A stretch of DNA of 43,085 nucleotides, taken from positions 1 to 43,085 of the forward strand of contig CACXFU010000016.1 of NCBI GenBank assembly GCA_902767035.1. The letters run 5' to 3'. Below the pieces are notes generated by a model, which saw only the letters and a list, made by a program, of their open reading frames with translations, was not told the origin of the DNA and did not search any database. Shown here piece by piece: positions 16,867 to 26,624 of this stretch; the first letter of the stretch is position 1; each line of letters opens with the position of its first letter. A program made the translations under genes and the position numbers. This DNA is from an uncultured Ruminococcus sp. (lineage in GTDB: Bacteria; Bacillota; Clostridia; Oscillospirales; Ruminococcaceae).

Positions 16867-17919
16867 CTACCAGGTCTGCGCGTCCCCGGCCTGCCACTGG
16901 GTCTCGGTATTATCGGGCTGCCATTCGGTCTCAGGCTGCCACTGGGTCTCGGTCTCTGCCTGCCAACCGCCGTCATCGGCCTGCCAGGTCTCGGTATTGT
17001 TATCGGCGAGGTAATCCTCAGTCTCGGGCTGCCACTGAGTTTCGGTCTCGGGCTGCCACTGGGCATCTGTCTGCTGAGCTTCTGTCTCCTCCTGAGACGA
17101 TGCATCACTGTCATCGGGCGGCATCTCCACGCCTCTTTCCTTCGGGATAGCCGAAACACCGCTGTTGGCACTGTTATATATAAAGGTACCCTCATAATCA
17201 TCGCTGAGCTGTTCGAGCACCAGCTTCATAGCGGTAAGCTTCTGCTCTATATCCACAGAACTTCCTAGCTTTATCTCAATGCGGTCATCATACATTATCC
17301 TGATGTCCGATCTGTCTGTCATATCTATATAGTTTATTTTATTGAAGCCGAGATTCATAATGCTTTCAAGCAGCTGGCTGAGGATATCGGTCTTGAGCGA
17401 ATCGACAGATTCAAGCTCCTCTCCGAGCTCCTTGCTTTTCAGCTCGAACCCTTTGATAACAGGTATCCTGCCTGTGGGCGCAGGGTTTTTCTGCTCAAGC
17501 ACCCTGCCCGACGACGATATCACGTAATATGAGCCTCTATCCTCGATATCAACTGCCTTTTCGGCCTCGGTACAGGTTATCACTAGGGTAGAGGGGAATT
17601 TCTGCTCCACCTTCGCCTCATCTATGTAGACAAGAGCGCTTTCCAGTCTGTCCTCGACAGCGCCCGTGTCAAGTCTTATCAGGTTCTGGCCGTTCTGCAC
17701 ACCGCCGATGACCAGTATCTGCTCATCGCCGTAGAGAGTGACCCCCCTGATCTCTATCTTTTTTATGTTGAAAAAGAATATCATACACAGTATCAGCACC
17801 AGCGCCAGTATTATGAAGATGATGCCGACATAGATATTCCTCATCCTGGCAGTGCGGGCATTTTCGTAGGCTTCCTGCTCCTGCGTGCCGACTGCGTTGT
17901 TCTCGTTGTTTTCGCTCAT
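16867..17919 (-). CDS. ftsQ: FtsQ/DivIB-like cell division protein
   Basis: Single TM, then POTRA-like FNIKKIEIRG...GQNLIRL...KFPSTLVI; sits immediately before ftsZ. Confidence 0.8.
   Translation of the reverse strand: MSENNENNAVGTQEQEAYENARTARMRNIYVGIIFIILALVLILCMIFFFNIKKIEIRGVTLYGDEQILVIGGVQNGQNLIRLDTGAVEDRLESALVYIDEAKVEQKFPSTLVITCTEAEKAVDIEDRGSYYVISSSGRVLEQKNPAPTGRIPVIKGFELKSKELGEELESVDSLKTDILSQLLESIMNLGFNKINYIDMTDRSDIRIMYDDRIEIKLGSSVDIEQKLTAMKLVLEQLSDDYEGTFIYNSANSGVSAIPKERGVEMPPDDSDASSQEETEAQQTDAQWQPETETQWQPETEDYLADNNTETWQADDGGWQAETETQWQPETEWQPDNTETQWQAGDAQTW
16870..17070 (-). repeat. Coding tandem repeat WQ(P/A)ETE(TQ) in the FtsQ C-terminus
   Basis: Seven WQ units; DNA unit TGGCAGCCCGAGACCGAAACTCAG and variants. 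Confidence 0.85.
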
Positions 17920-17931
17920 TTGAACCTTTCC

Positions 17932-19191
17932 TTAGCTTTTTTCTCTTCTTATATCCGCGCCCAGCTCAGTGAGCGTTTTTTCAATGCTTTCATAGCCTCT
18001 GTCTATAAGCTTTATGTTTGTGACGGTCGTTTCTCCCTCTGCTGCAAGTGCCGCACAGACCAGTGCCGCTCCCCCTCTGAGGTCGGGCGCCATCACCTTC
18101 GCCCCGTACAGCTTTTTAACTCCTCTGATAACGGCCGTTCTGCCCTCGGTGCTTATATCCGCACCCATTCTCGCGAGCTCATCAACGTGGCGGAAACGGC
18201 TAGTGAAAATGTTCTCTGTGATAACACTAGTTCCCTCTGCCTTAGTGAGCATAGCCATCACCGGCGCCTGTGCATCGGTAGGAAATGCAGGATATGGGAG
18301 AGTCTGTATCTCTCTCACGGCTTTAAGGGGCTTTTTTGCGCTGAGAAATATCTTGTCGCCCGACTCAGCCACCAGACACCCAGCCTGCCCGAAGACCTCG
18401 GTAACGGCATTAAGGTGTGAGGGCACTGTTCCGGTGAGGGTTATCTCTCCGCCTGCCGCAGCTGCCGCCGCCATATAGGTAGCCGCACATATCCTGTCTG
18501 GCATAACGGTATACTGACCGCCGCGCAGCTTTTTAACGCCTTTTATCTTCACCGTGCCTGAGGGCGATACGCTCACCTTTGCGCCTATCGCTCTCATAAA
18601 GCCTGCAAGGTCTTCTATCTCAGGCTCACGGGCGGCATTGTTTATCACGGTCTCGCCATCTGCCATTGAAGCGCAGAGCATAACGTTCTCGGTCGCTCCT
18701 ACTGACGGGAACGGCAGATTGATGACAGCTCCCTTTAATCTGTGAGGGCAGCTGCATATGAGCTCACCGTACTTTTCAGTTATAGAAACGCCCAGCTGCC
18801 TGAGCGCTCTTATATGCATATCTATCGGTCTCGGTCCAAGCTCGCACCCTCCGGGGAAGGTGAGCCTGCACTCTCCTGTCCTTGCAAGGACGGCTCCGAG
18901 AAAAACTATCGAGGAGCGCATCTCTCTCATCAGCGCATCGGGAACGCACACGCTCTCGATCACTGTAGGATCGGCAGTAACACAGCCGTGCTCATAAGTA
19001 CATCTCACACCAAGACAGGAAAGAATCCTGAGAGCCGCAAAAACGTCGGAAAGCTCAGGTATGTTATAGAGCTTTACCTCTTCACCTGCCAGCACACAGC
19101 CTGCCAGTATCGGCAAGGCGCTGTTTTTGGCACCCTGCACACGTATCTCTCCGCCGAGCCTGCGTCCTCCGTTTATGATAAGCCTTTGCAT
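17932..19191 (-). CDS. murA: UDP-N-acetylglucosamine 1-carboxyvinyltransferase
   Basis: GAKNSALP, MRSS, PGGCELGPRPID (active Cys), SVGATEN, AREPE, FPTDAQ, DLRGGA, RGY. Confidence 0.95.
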   Translation of the reverse strand: MQRLIINGGRRLGGEIRVQGAKNSALPILAGCVLAGEEVKLYNIPELSDVFAALRILSCLGVRCTYEHGCVTADPTVIESVCVPDALMREMRSSIVFLGAVLARTGECRLTFPGGCELGPRPIDMHIRALRQLGVSITEKYGELICSCPHRLKGAVINLPFPSVGATENVMLCASMADGETVINNAAREPEIEDLAGFMRAIGAKVSVSPSGTVKIKGVKKLRGGQYTVMPDRICAATYMAAAAAAGGEITLTGTVPSHLNAVTEVFGQAGCLVAESGDKIFLSAKKPLKAVREIQTLPYPAFPTDAQAPVMAMLTKAEGTSVITENIFTSRFRHVDELARMGADISTEGRTAVIRGVKKLYGAKVMAPDLRGGAALVCAALAAEGETTVTNIKLIDRGYESIEKTLTELGADIRREKS

Positions 19192-19251
19192 AAGCGTCAC
19201 TCCCTATGTTCATTATGACTTATCTTATGCAGAAGGGCGGTGTGTTGTGAT

Positions 19252-20181
19252 TTATTGGTTCACCTGCGCGATAGTGTTGTTAGATACGGGCATAAATGCC
19301 GGAACACAAGGCACATAGGTGTTCTTCGTGAGCTTTTTCTTCATATCAACGGTAGAGATGACCATTGATGTTATGCAGTCATCGAACTCCTCATCAGACA
19401 TACCCGAAACATTGACCATTACCCTGACGATGACATCCTTGCTTGAAAAGCCCGGGATCACATCGCCTATCACCTCGCCGTCGGAGTCCTTAGTCACTGA
19501 GGTGGCATAGCATACAACGTCATCATAATCGCTGTCTACCCTGAATATCTTGTACTGAGGTATCTTCATCTGCAGAGGAGACGGATTTCTCAGCGTGAAT
19601 GCGAGGTCTACAACGCGGTAGTTTTTCGGATCCTCCGAGGAGAAGGCATTCTCGTTATACACCGTATAGTTTGCGGAAGCATATGTTTTGAAGCCTGTCA
19701 GACCCTTGTCCTCGAACACGTCCTCATCATACTTTACCCTGCTGAGCTCGGGATCGGACGAGAAAAACGGCGGGAAGAACAGCACCAGCACAAGTATCGC
19801 CGCAACAAAGATAACGGCCCATTTGACTATCGTGCCCTTTCTGACATATGAGCCGCCTATCCTGGTGCCCTTGTTGAGGCCCGTTGCGGCCTTGGTGGGC
19901 ATCTTTGCGGCATATTTCATAATGTCCTTCTCTTCCTCGCGGCGCCTCATCTCCATCTCTTCCGCCGTGTGAAGATTGATGTCGTCATAGGATTTTGTTG
20001 CTCTGTCAAAGCGGTCCTGTCTGATAGTCTTGTCCCCGGTGAAGATCTGCTCCGCACGGGAGTTGATATCATCGGAGTTTCTGAACTTAGGGTCATTGAG
20101 AGCCACTATCTTTTCGGTATCAGGCACACCTATGCTGTCCATTGAACCTCTTTTGTTGTATTTTCTGTATTCATTATCCAT
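19252..20181 (-). CDS. Hypothetical bitopic membrane protein within the dcw cluster
   Basis: 309 aa; charged N-terminus, one TM (WAVIFVAAILVLVLFFPPFF), C-terminal domain; AAGGA SD. Confidence 0.75.
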   Translation of the reverse strand: MDNEYRKYNKRGSMDSIGVPDTEKIVALNDPKFRNSDDINSRAEQIFTGDKTIRQDRFDRATKSYDDINLHTAEEMEMRRREEEKDIMKYAAKMPTKAATGLNKGTRIGGSYVRKGTIVKWAVIFVAAILVLVLFFPPFFSSDPELSRVKYDEDVFEDKGLTGFKTYASANYTVYNENAFSSEDPKNYRVVDLAFTLRNPSPLQMKIPQYKIFRVDSDYDDVVCYATSVTKDSDGEVIGDVIPGFSSKDVIVRVMVNVSGMSDEEFDDCITSMVISTVDMKKKLTKNTYVPCVPAFMPVSNNTIAQVNQ

Positions 20182-20205
20182 TTATTTATCATTCCTTACA
20201 GGAGA

Positions 20206-21336
20206 TTATTTTTCTATAAGTCCTTTAAGCACCGAGAATATCCTTTCCTCTGTATCTGCCACATGGAGCTTTCTTGCGTTTTCGGCGCTCTTTTCGAGCT
20301 TATCCCTGTCCTCGATATAGCTCCTTACGGTCTTTATAAAGGTCTCGTCAGTGAGATCTTTTTCCTCAATAACAGTGGCAGCGCCGGCATTCTGAAGCAC
20401 CATACCGTTATAGTACTGGTGGTTCTCTGCAACGTGCGGAGACGGTATCAGCACCGATGCTCTGCCGACGGCTTCAAGCTCCGCCAGAGATGCAGCGCCG
20501 CACCTTGATATCACAAGGTCTGCCGCAGCCATTGCCACGGGCATATTTATATAGTCCTTTATTATCAGGCGCGAATTGTCCTTTATCCTGACACCGCTCT
20601 GTTCAAGCTTTAGCACAAAGTCCTTATACCCTTTATAGGTTCCGTAGGAGTGTACATGGTTCACGGCAGTGCCGTTATCCTGATACCACCTGAGAAGTGC
20701 CGCCACCTTTTCGTTAAGTGTCTGTGCACCGAGGCTTCCTCCTGTTGAAAGAACGCATATCTCATCGAGGTCAAAGCCGAGTTGCTTTTTTGCGTCCTCC
20801 TTGGACATCGTATTGAAGGCGTTTCTTACAGGCAGGCCCGTAACGGTCATCTTAGAGTTATCGGGGAAGTACTTTTCTGCCTCCTTGACCGTGAGCATGA
20901 CCTCGTCGACCTCTTTTGCGAGGAGCTTGTTAGTTACCCCCGGGAAAGCGTTCTGCTCATGTATCGCAGTTTTAACTCCCAGCTTTGCGGCAGCCCTCAC
21001 GACAGGCCCCGAAACATATCCTCCCGTGCCTATCACAAGGTCAGGCTTGAAGTCTCTGACTATCGCCTTTGCCCTGCTCGATGACTTTGCCAGACAGGCG
21101 GCCGCATGGAGATTTCTCTTTATGTTCTCGGCGCTCAGATGTCTCTGAAAGCCCTCTATCTGTATGGGGTAAAACTTATATCCTGCCTTCGGCACGAGCT
21201 GAGCCTCAAGCTTTTCGGGATTGCCCGCAAAAGCGGCCTCACAGTCGGGATAATGCTTCTTTATTATCTCGGCTATCGCCAGAGCCGGATTGATATGGCC
21301 TGCCGTTCCGCCCCCTGCGAGAAGCACTCTTAGCAT
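20206..21336 (-). CDS. murG: Lipid II GlcNAc transferase MurG
   Basis: GGGTAGHINPA, GTGGYVS, HEQN, GGSLGA, HQ..N. Confidence 0.96.
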   Translation of the reverse strand: MLRVLLAGGGTAGHINPALAIAEIIKKHYPDCEAAFAGNPEKLEAQLVPKAGYKFYPIQIEGFQRHLSAENIKRNLHAAACLAKSSSRAKAIVRDFKPDLVIGTGGYVSGPVVRAAAKLGVKTAIHEQNAFPGVTNKLLAKEVDEVMLTVKEAEKYFPDNSKMTVTGLPVRNAFNTMSKEDAKKQLGFDLDEICVLSTGGSLGAQTLNEKVAALLRWYQDNGTAVNHVHSYGTYKGYKDFVLKLEQSGVRIKDNSRLIIKDYINMPVAMAAADLVISRCGAASLAELEAVGRASVLIPSPHVAENHQYYNGMVLQNAGAATVIEEKDLTDETFIKTVRSYIEDRDKLEKSAENARKLHVADTEERIFSVLKGLIEK

Positions 21337-21344
21337 AGCTGTCC

Positions 21345-22634
21345 TCACCTTTCTGTCAAAATTTGATCCTCTTCATTGTCATCCGGCTCTGCGGCCTTTG
21401 TTTCAGGCACGCTCTTGAGCCTTGATGCCTGTCTCGAAATGTTCAGAAGTATGCCCATTTCGGCAAGCTGTATCAGAAGAGCCGTTCCGCCGTAGCTGAA
21501 AAACGGCAGTGATATTCCTGTATTCGGGAAGGCATTGCAGGCGACCATTATATTGAAAAACGCCTGTGAGCCTATCTGTATCGTTATGCCGGCAGCAAGC
21601 AGCATTCCTGCCTTGTCACGGCAGCGCGAAGCTATGTAGAAGCCCCTTATCACAAACAGCACGAACAGCAGCACCACTACCATCGCGCCGACAAAGCCGA
21701 GCTCCTCGCACACTATCGAGAAGACGAAGTCGTTCTGCGATTCGGGAAGGTACATATATTTCTGTCTCGATTCACCGAACCCAAGGCCGAACCAGCCGCC
21801 CGAGCCTATCGCCAGAAGAGACTCATAGGTCTGATAGGTAGCTCCGCCGGGGTCTGCGGTGGGGTTTCTCCAGCTCTCGATCCTCTCGCTGATGTAGGAG
21901 AAGCCCGAACCCGAGCTGATCTTGTAGACGAGGTACATCGAACCGCCCACGGCACAGAGGATAATGAATCTCCAGAAAGTCTTTCTGGGCATTCCGCTGA
22001 CGAACATCATGCTAATGCCTATGATGCCGACCAGCATTACCGCAGACATATGCCTCTGCATCGCCAGCACGCCGAACACCAGACCCATTACCAGTGCAAA
22101 GGGAACGATGCAGGCCTTCCAGTCAGTGTCGAACTTCTCGTGATTGTGCTGGACGAGGTATGCAAACATTATTATAAAGGCCACCTTCAGAAGCTCCGAA
22201 GGCTGAAAGTTCATTCCGCCTATTACTATCCAGCGCCTTGCGTCAGCTATCTCGATACCTGCTACCGCAGTATAGGCGTTGAGCGCCATCATAGCGATAA
22301 AAGCTATCAGAGCGACCCTTGCGCTGATGAAGAAGTGATAATCAAGGAACGATATACCCAGCATCGCAACGAGGCCGAGCCCTGCCGATATCATCTGCTT
22401 TCTGATGTAGTAGTAGCCGTCGTCGTAATCGCTGATACCCCAGGCATAGCTTGCCGAGAACATCATTATCAGCCCGAAAATGAGCAGCACCATAACTATG
22501 ACGAAAAACGGCTTATCTATCTCACTGAGGATAAATCTGAAATTCCATTTTCTCTTTTTTCGCGGCGGACGGATCCTGTCAGCAGAGCTGCTGTATACTA
22601 TCTGTCGTTGTCCCAGCGTTTCGTTTGATCCCAA
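21345..22634 (-). CDS. ftsW: SEDS peptidoglycan polymerase FtsW/SpoVE
   Basis: ARRWI, FQPSELLK, IGSGGWFGLG, LPESQNDFVFS, EELG, PFFSYGG. Confidence 0.9.
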   Translation of the reverse strand: MGSNETLGQRQIVYSSSADRIRPPRKKRKWNFRFILSEIDKPFFVIVMVLLIFGLIMMFSASYAWGISDYDDGYYYIRKQMISAGLGLVAMLGISFLDYHFFISARVALIAFIAMMALNAYTAVAGIEIADARRWIVIGGMNFQPSELLKVAFIIMFAYLVQHNHEKFDTDWKACIVPFALVMGLVFGVLAMQRHMSAVMLVGIIGISMMFVSGMPRKTFWRFIILCAVGGSMYLVYKISSGSGFSYISERIESWRNPTADPGGATYQTYESLLAIGSGGWFGLGFGESRQKYMYLPESQNDFVFSIVCEELGFVGAMVVVLLFVLFVIRGFYIASRCRDKAGMLLAAGITIQIGSQAFFNIMVACNAFPNTGISLPFFSYGGTALLIQLAEMGILLNISRQASRLKSVPETKAAEPDDNEEDQILTER

Positions 22635-22653
22635 ACCAAGTCCTCCAATTGTA

Positions 22654-23688
22654 TCATAAAAACTTTCCCGAATAAATGATAAACATTATCACCGCTGCCG
22701 CAAACAGTACCTGAACGGCTGCTCCCAGCCCGATGATCTTATATTTTCCGAAGCCGAGCCTTTCAAGGTGCTCATGAAGGGTATAGCCCTTGAAAAGCAG
22801 CTTTTTTGTCGTCCTGAAGACCACATACTGCAAAAGCGCACAGAACGCATCTGCAAGAATGGCGCCTCCTCCTATCAGCAGGATAAGCTCTCCCCGTGCA
22901 AGCACGCAGCAAAGCACCGCCGCCGTACCGAGAGCAAGAGCTCCGCTCTCACCGAAATATATCTTTGACGGGCACAGCCCCCAGAAGAGATAACCGCCTG
23001 CCGCACCCATACCTGCACAGGCCATAAGCTGTGCCTCCGGCCGAAGATCCGTCACCGTAAGGCCTGCCGTGATGCCCATAAGCATTATCATCAGCAGTGC
23101 CGGACAAAGGCCGTCAACTCCCAGCTGAGTTTTTCCGCCCGGGCAGTCACACACCGTAACGGCACTCAGAAATACAGTCCCGGCCAGCGCCGTTACCGGC
23201 ATATATAGAGCTCCCAGCTCCAGATATCCCCAGTGAAACGGCAGCAGCACCGCACTTTCCCTGAAGCCGAAAACCCTCAGCAGCACCAGCGCCCCGAATA
23301 TGACAGTGAACCTAAGTATATGCTTGTAAGCAGGCTTCAGACCTACATTTGCACCCTTGTCTCTGAGTATGTCCTCATACGCGCCGAGCGCACACATCAG
23401 GCCGCAGGCCGTGAATGCCGCGAGTATCAGCCTGAGGTCAGCCCTGCCGGAGAGGTCATTTCGCGATGAGAACCACGCGGTGCCTGTAAGTGTGCCGATA
23501 AGCATACATACAAGTATCACAGCTCCCCCGAGTCTCGGCTCGGAGCCGTCCTGCGAGAACCTGTCACCGATATACGGCTCGAACTTCCCTGTTTTCAGCT
23601 TTCTGAAATACGGTATCAGAAGTCTCCCCGAAATGTGCCCCATAAGGAGCTCTGCCCCTATCACCAGTGAAAGTACAGTTACTGTCAT
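22654..23688 (-). CDS. mraY: MraY-like polyprenyl-phosphate transferase homologue with degenerate active-site motifs
   Basis: About 10 TMs; syntenic between murF and ftsW; remnants P.LGG, YED, GVDGL, PSKIYFGESG, LHEHLE. Confidence 0.7.
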   Translation of the reverse strand: MTVTVLSLVIGAELLMGHISGRLLIPYFRKLKTGKFEPYIGDRFSQDGSEPRLGGAVILVCMLIGTLTGTAWFSSRNDLSGRADLRLILAAFTACGLMCALGAYEDILRDKGANVGLKPAYKHILRFTVIFGALVLLRVFGFRESAVLLPFHWGYLELGALYMPVTALAGTVFLSAVTVCDCPGGKTQLGVDGLCPALLMIMLMGITAGLTVTDLRPEAQLMACAGMGAAGGYLFWGLCPSKIYFGESGALALGTAAVLCCVLARGELILLIGGGAILADAFCALLQYVVFRTTKKLLFKGYTLHEHLERLGFGKYKIIGLGAAVQVLFAAAVIMFIIYSGKFL

Positions 23689-25052
23689 TCGGTCTCTGTC
23701 AGTGCCTTGAACACCTCTTCAAGCTTCATGGCGCGGCTTCCCTTCAGGAGAACACAGTCTCCCTCTTCAAGCTCCTGCCTGAGCCTTTGAGCAAGGTCGT
23801 CTCTGCTGTCAAAATGAGCACAAGAGCTCTCGTCAAACCCTTTTTTAACGGCGCCGTCGATATAGTTTCGCGACATTTCGCCGAACGTGTAAAGCCTATC
23901 CGCCTTTGAGGACGGCACCAGTTCTCCCACGCTCCTGTGGTAGGCTTTTGAGTTTTTGCCAAGCTCCAGCATATCCGCGAGAATGCAGAACCTTCTGCCG
24001 GAGATATCGGCATTTTCGAGCAGCGAAAGCGCTGCCTTCATCGAATCGGGAGCTGCATTGTAGCAGTCCACCATATATGTTATACCGTCTTTTACAACGG
24101 TGTTCTGTCTCAGTCCTTCAGGCCTGAATTTTTCAAGCCCTGCTATAATTGTCTGCGGCTGCATACCGAGGAACAGCCCGACACAGAAGGCAGCCAGCGC
24201 ATTTTTGACATTGTGCTCACCTGCACAGCCAAGCACTGCGTGATATCTCTCACCTGCGTGACAGATATCGAACTGCGACCCTGTGCTGCTGAGCCTGATA
24301 TCATCGGCATAAACATCACAGTCTTTTTTCGATATCGAATAGTAGTAAAGCTTTCTGTCAAGCTTATCCCTGAGAGAATACAGAAGCTTGTCGTCCCTCG
24401 AAAGGATCAGAGGTGCGTCATAGGCAGCTCCGTCAAGGATCTCGAGCTTTGCTTTAAGTATATTCTCCTGAGAGCCGAGGTTTTCTATATGAGACACGCC
24501 GATATTTGTAATAACGGCCGCATCGGGTCTTGCGCACATAGACATTCTCGAGATCTCACCGGAATGGTTCATTCCCATTTCGATCACTGCGGCCTCATGT
24601 CCGCCGTCAAGGCCGAACAGGGTCTTGGGCATTCCTATCTCGTTGTTGAGGTTTCCCTGTGTTTTAAGAGTTCTGAACCCCTCGGACACCGCACAGGCTA
24701 TCATATCCTTGGTCGTGGTTTTTCCGACGCTTCCGGTCACGCCTATGATCTTCACGCCGAACCTTGACCTGTAATAGCCTGCCGCATCGAGCAGCGCCTG
24801 CCTTGTAGAATCAACTATGATGCACTTCGCATCAGGCACAGGCCTTTCGGTGATGACCGCCTCTGCTCCCAGCTCCATAGCCCTGGCAGCATAATCATGT
24901 CCGTCAAAGGTCTCGCCCTTCAGCGCAACGAACACTGAGCCTGCCGTTATCGTTCTTGTATCGGTAGAAATATCCGTTATCATCACATCGGCAGGATAGC
25001 CGTAGCTTCCGCGCACTGCGGTTATCAGCTCCTGCAGCTTTATACTTTCCAT
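23685..25052 (-). CDS. murF: UDP-MurNAc-tripeptide D-Ala-D-Ala ligase
   Basis: DTR, FDGH, TGSVGKTTTK, NNEIG, EMGM, DCYNA, DMLELG, KGSR. Confidence 0.95.
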   Translation of the reverse strand: MESIKLQELITAVRGSYGYPADVMITDISTDTRTITAGSVFVALKGETFDGHDYAARAMELGAEAVITERPVPDAKCIIVDSTRQALLDAAGYYRSRFGVKIIGVTGSVGKTTTKDMIACAVSEGFRTLKTQGNLNNEIGMPKTLFGLDGGHEAAVIEMGMNHSGEISRMSMCARPDAAVITNIGVSHIENLGSQENILKAKLEILDGAAYDAPLILSRDDKLLYSLRDKLDRKLYYYSISKKDCDVYADDIRLSSTGSQFDICHAGERYHAVLGCAGEHNVKNALAAFCVGLFLGMQPQTIIAGLEKFRPEGLRQNTVVKDGITYMVDCYNAAPDSMKAALSLLENADISGRRFCILADMLELGKNSKAYHRSVGELVPSSKADRLYTFGEMSRNYIDGAVKKGFDESSCAHFDSRDDLAQRLRQELEEGDCVLLKGSRAMKLEEVFKALTETE

Positions 25053-25114
25053 ATCCCACTAACGCCGAAAAGCGTTCTCCTTTCCTGTTTTTGTCTCCGG
25101 CAGTTACGGAGCTT

Positions 25115-26563
25115 TTATCTTCCTTCCTTTTCAAGCTCCGCGAGCGCGTCCGCAACTACCTCACGCTCATCAAAATGTATCTTCACGCCGCCTGCAAGTA
25201 TCTGATAGTCCTCATGACCCTTTCCTGCAAGCACTATGATGTCGTCCTTCTCTGCATTTCTTACCGCCCAGTGGATAGCCTCTCTCCTGTCAACTATCGT
25301 GACATACGGAGTTGTCTTTCCTTCAAGCCCTTTGAGCACATCGTTGACGATCTCCTGAGGGTCCTCATTTCTCGGGTTATCCGAGGTAACTATCAGAAAA
25401 TCGGCATTGTCTGCGGCAGCTGCCGCCATAAGAGGTCTTTTTGCTGCATCTCTGTTTCCGCCGCAGCCGAAAAGGCACTTTACCTTGCCGGTCGAGCTCT
25501 CCCTGATAGCGGAGAGGACGTTTGCAAGGGCGTCGGGCGTATGCGCATAGTCACAGATCACCGTGAAATCCCTGCCTGTGGGAACGATCTCTGCTCTGCC
25601 CCTTACGCCGCCTATATGCGAGAGCGACTTTATCACGGCATCAACGCTGTAGCCGAGCACCTCACAGCAGGCGATAACGGCCAGAGAATTTGACACATTG
25701 AAAAGCCCCGGCATATTGAAGCTGACATTGTGCTTCTGTTCGCCGTCAGAGAAAACATATTTCACTCCGCTTGCCGAGAGCAGGATATCCTCGCCCATAA
25801 AGTCGGCCTTGCTGCAGCAGGAATATGTTTTCGCAGGGCAGCTTATCTCATCGAGATATCTTCTGCCGTACTCATCGTCAATGTTTATTATAGCATTATC
25901 AGCCATCGAAAACAGTATTTTCTTGGCCTGATAATAGTTTTCCATAGTTCCGTGAACGTCAAGGTGATCCTGGGTCAGGTTAGTGAAAACGCCCACCCTG
26001 AAGCGGCACCCGACGAGCCTTTTCTGCTCCAGTCCCTGAGAGGACGCCTCCATAACGGCATAGTCACAGCCCTCATCGGCCATTTTTCTGAGCAGCTCGT
26101 AAAGGTCATAGGGCTCAGGCGTTGTTCTTGCCGTCGGGTAGATAGCGTCTCCTATCTCGTTCTGGCAGGTGCCTATCAGCCCCACCTTGCAGCCGAGGTC
26201 CGACAGGACCTTTTTGAGCACGGTGGTTATGGTGGTCTTTCCGTTCGTGCCGGTAACGCCTATCATCGGGAGCTCTCTCTCCGGGTGGCCGAACCACGCC
26301 TCGCAAAGGCGGACATAGGCCTCTCTGGTATCCTCAACGATGATCTGGTTATCAAGCCCGAGGTCTCTCTCGCACACGATGACCGAACAGCCCTTCTTTA
26401 TCATATCCTCAGCGGCGTCGTGCCCGTCAAAGGTGTTGCCCTTTATGCAAACGAACATCGCGCCCTCAGTGACAGCCTTTCTTGTATCGCTCGTAAGATC
26501 GGTGATCTCCGTATTTTCGAGCTTTGTCTCGGCAATGTCCTTTATCAGTTCATACAGCTTCAT
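25115..26563 (-). CDS. murE: UDP-MurNAc-dipeptide meso-DAP ligase
   Basis: TGTNGKTT, TTPE, EASS, NLTQDHLD, DYAHTPDA, GCGG.RD, SDNPR (DAP-type), AGKGHE; start ATG 26563 or GTG 26578. Confidence 0.95.
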   Translation of the reverse strand: MKLYELIKDIAETKLENTEITDLTSDTRKAVTEGAMFVCIKGNTFDGHDAAEDMIKKGCSVIVCERDLGLDNQIIVEDTREAYVRLCEAWFGHPERELPMIGVTGTNGKTTITTVLKKVLSDLGCKVGLIGTCQNEIGDAIYPTARTTPEPYDLYELLRKMADEGCDYAVMEASSQGLEQKRLVGCRFRVGVFTNLTQDHLDVHGTMENYYQAKKILFSMADNAIINIDDEYGRRYLDEISCPAKTYSCCSKADFMGEDILLSASGVKYVFSDGEQKHNVSFNMPGLFNVSNSLAVIACCEVLGYSVDAVIKSLSHIGGVRGRAEIVPTGRDFTVICDYAHTPDALANVLSAIRESSTGKVKCLFGCGGNRDAAKRPLMAAAAADNADFLIVTSDNPRNEDPQEIVNDVLKGLEGKTTPYVTIVDRREAIHWAVRNAEKDDIIVLAGKGHEDYQILAGGVKIHFDEREVVADALAELEKEGR

Positions 26564-26624
26564 ATTTCTCAGGCACACAGGTGTGTGCTTCCTCCTTTTG
26601 TCTGGTTCTTGATCTGCGGGTGCT

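Noticed and set aside
16870-17070. CRISPR-like array
   Set aside because: Repeats are in-frame coding units without unique spacers; no cas genes
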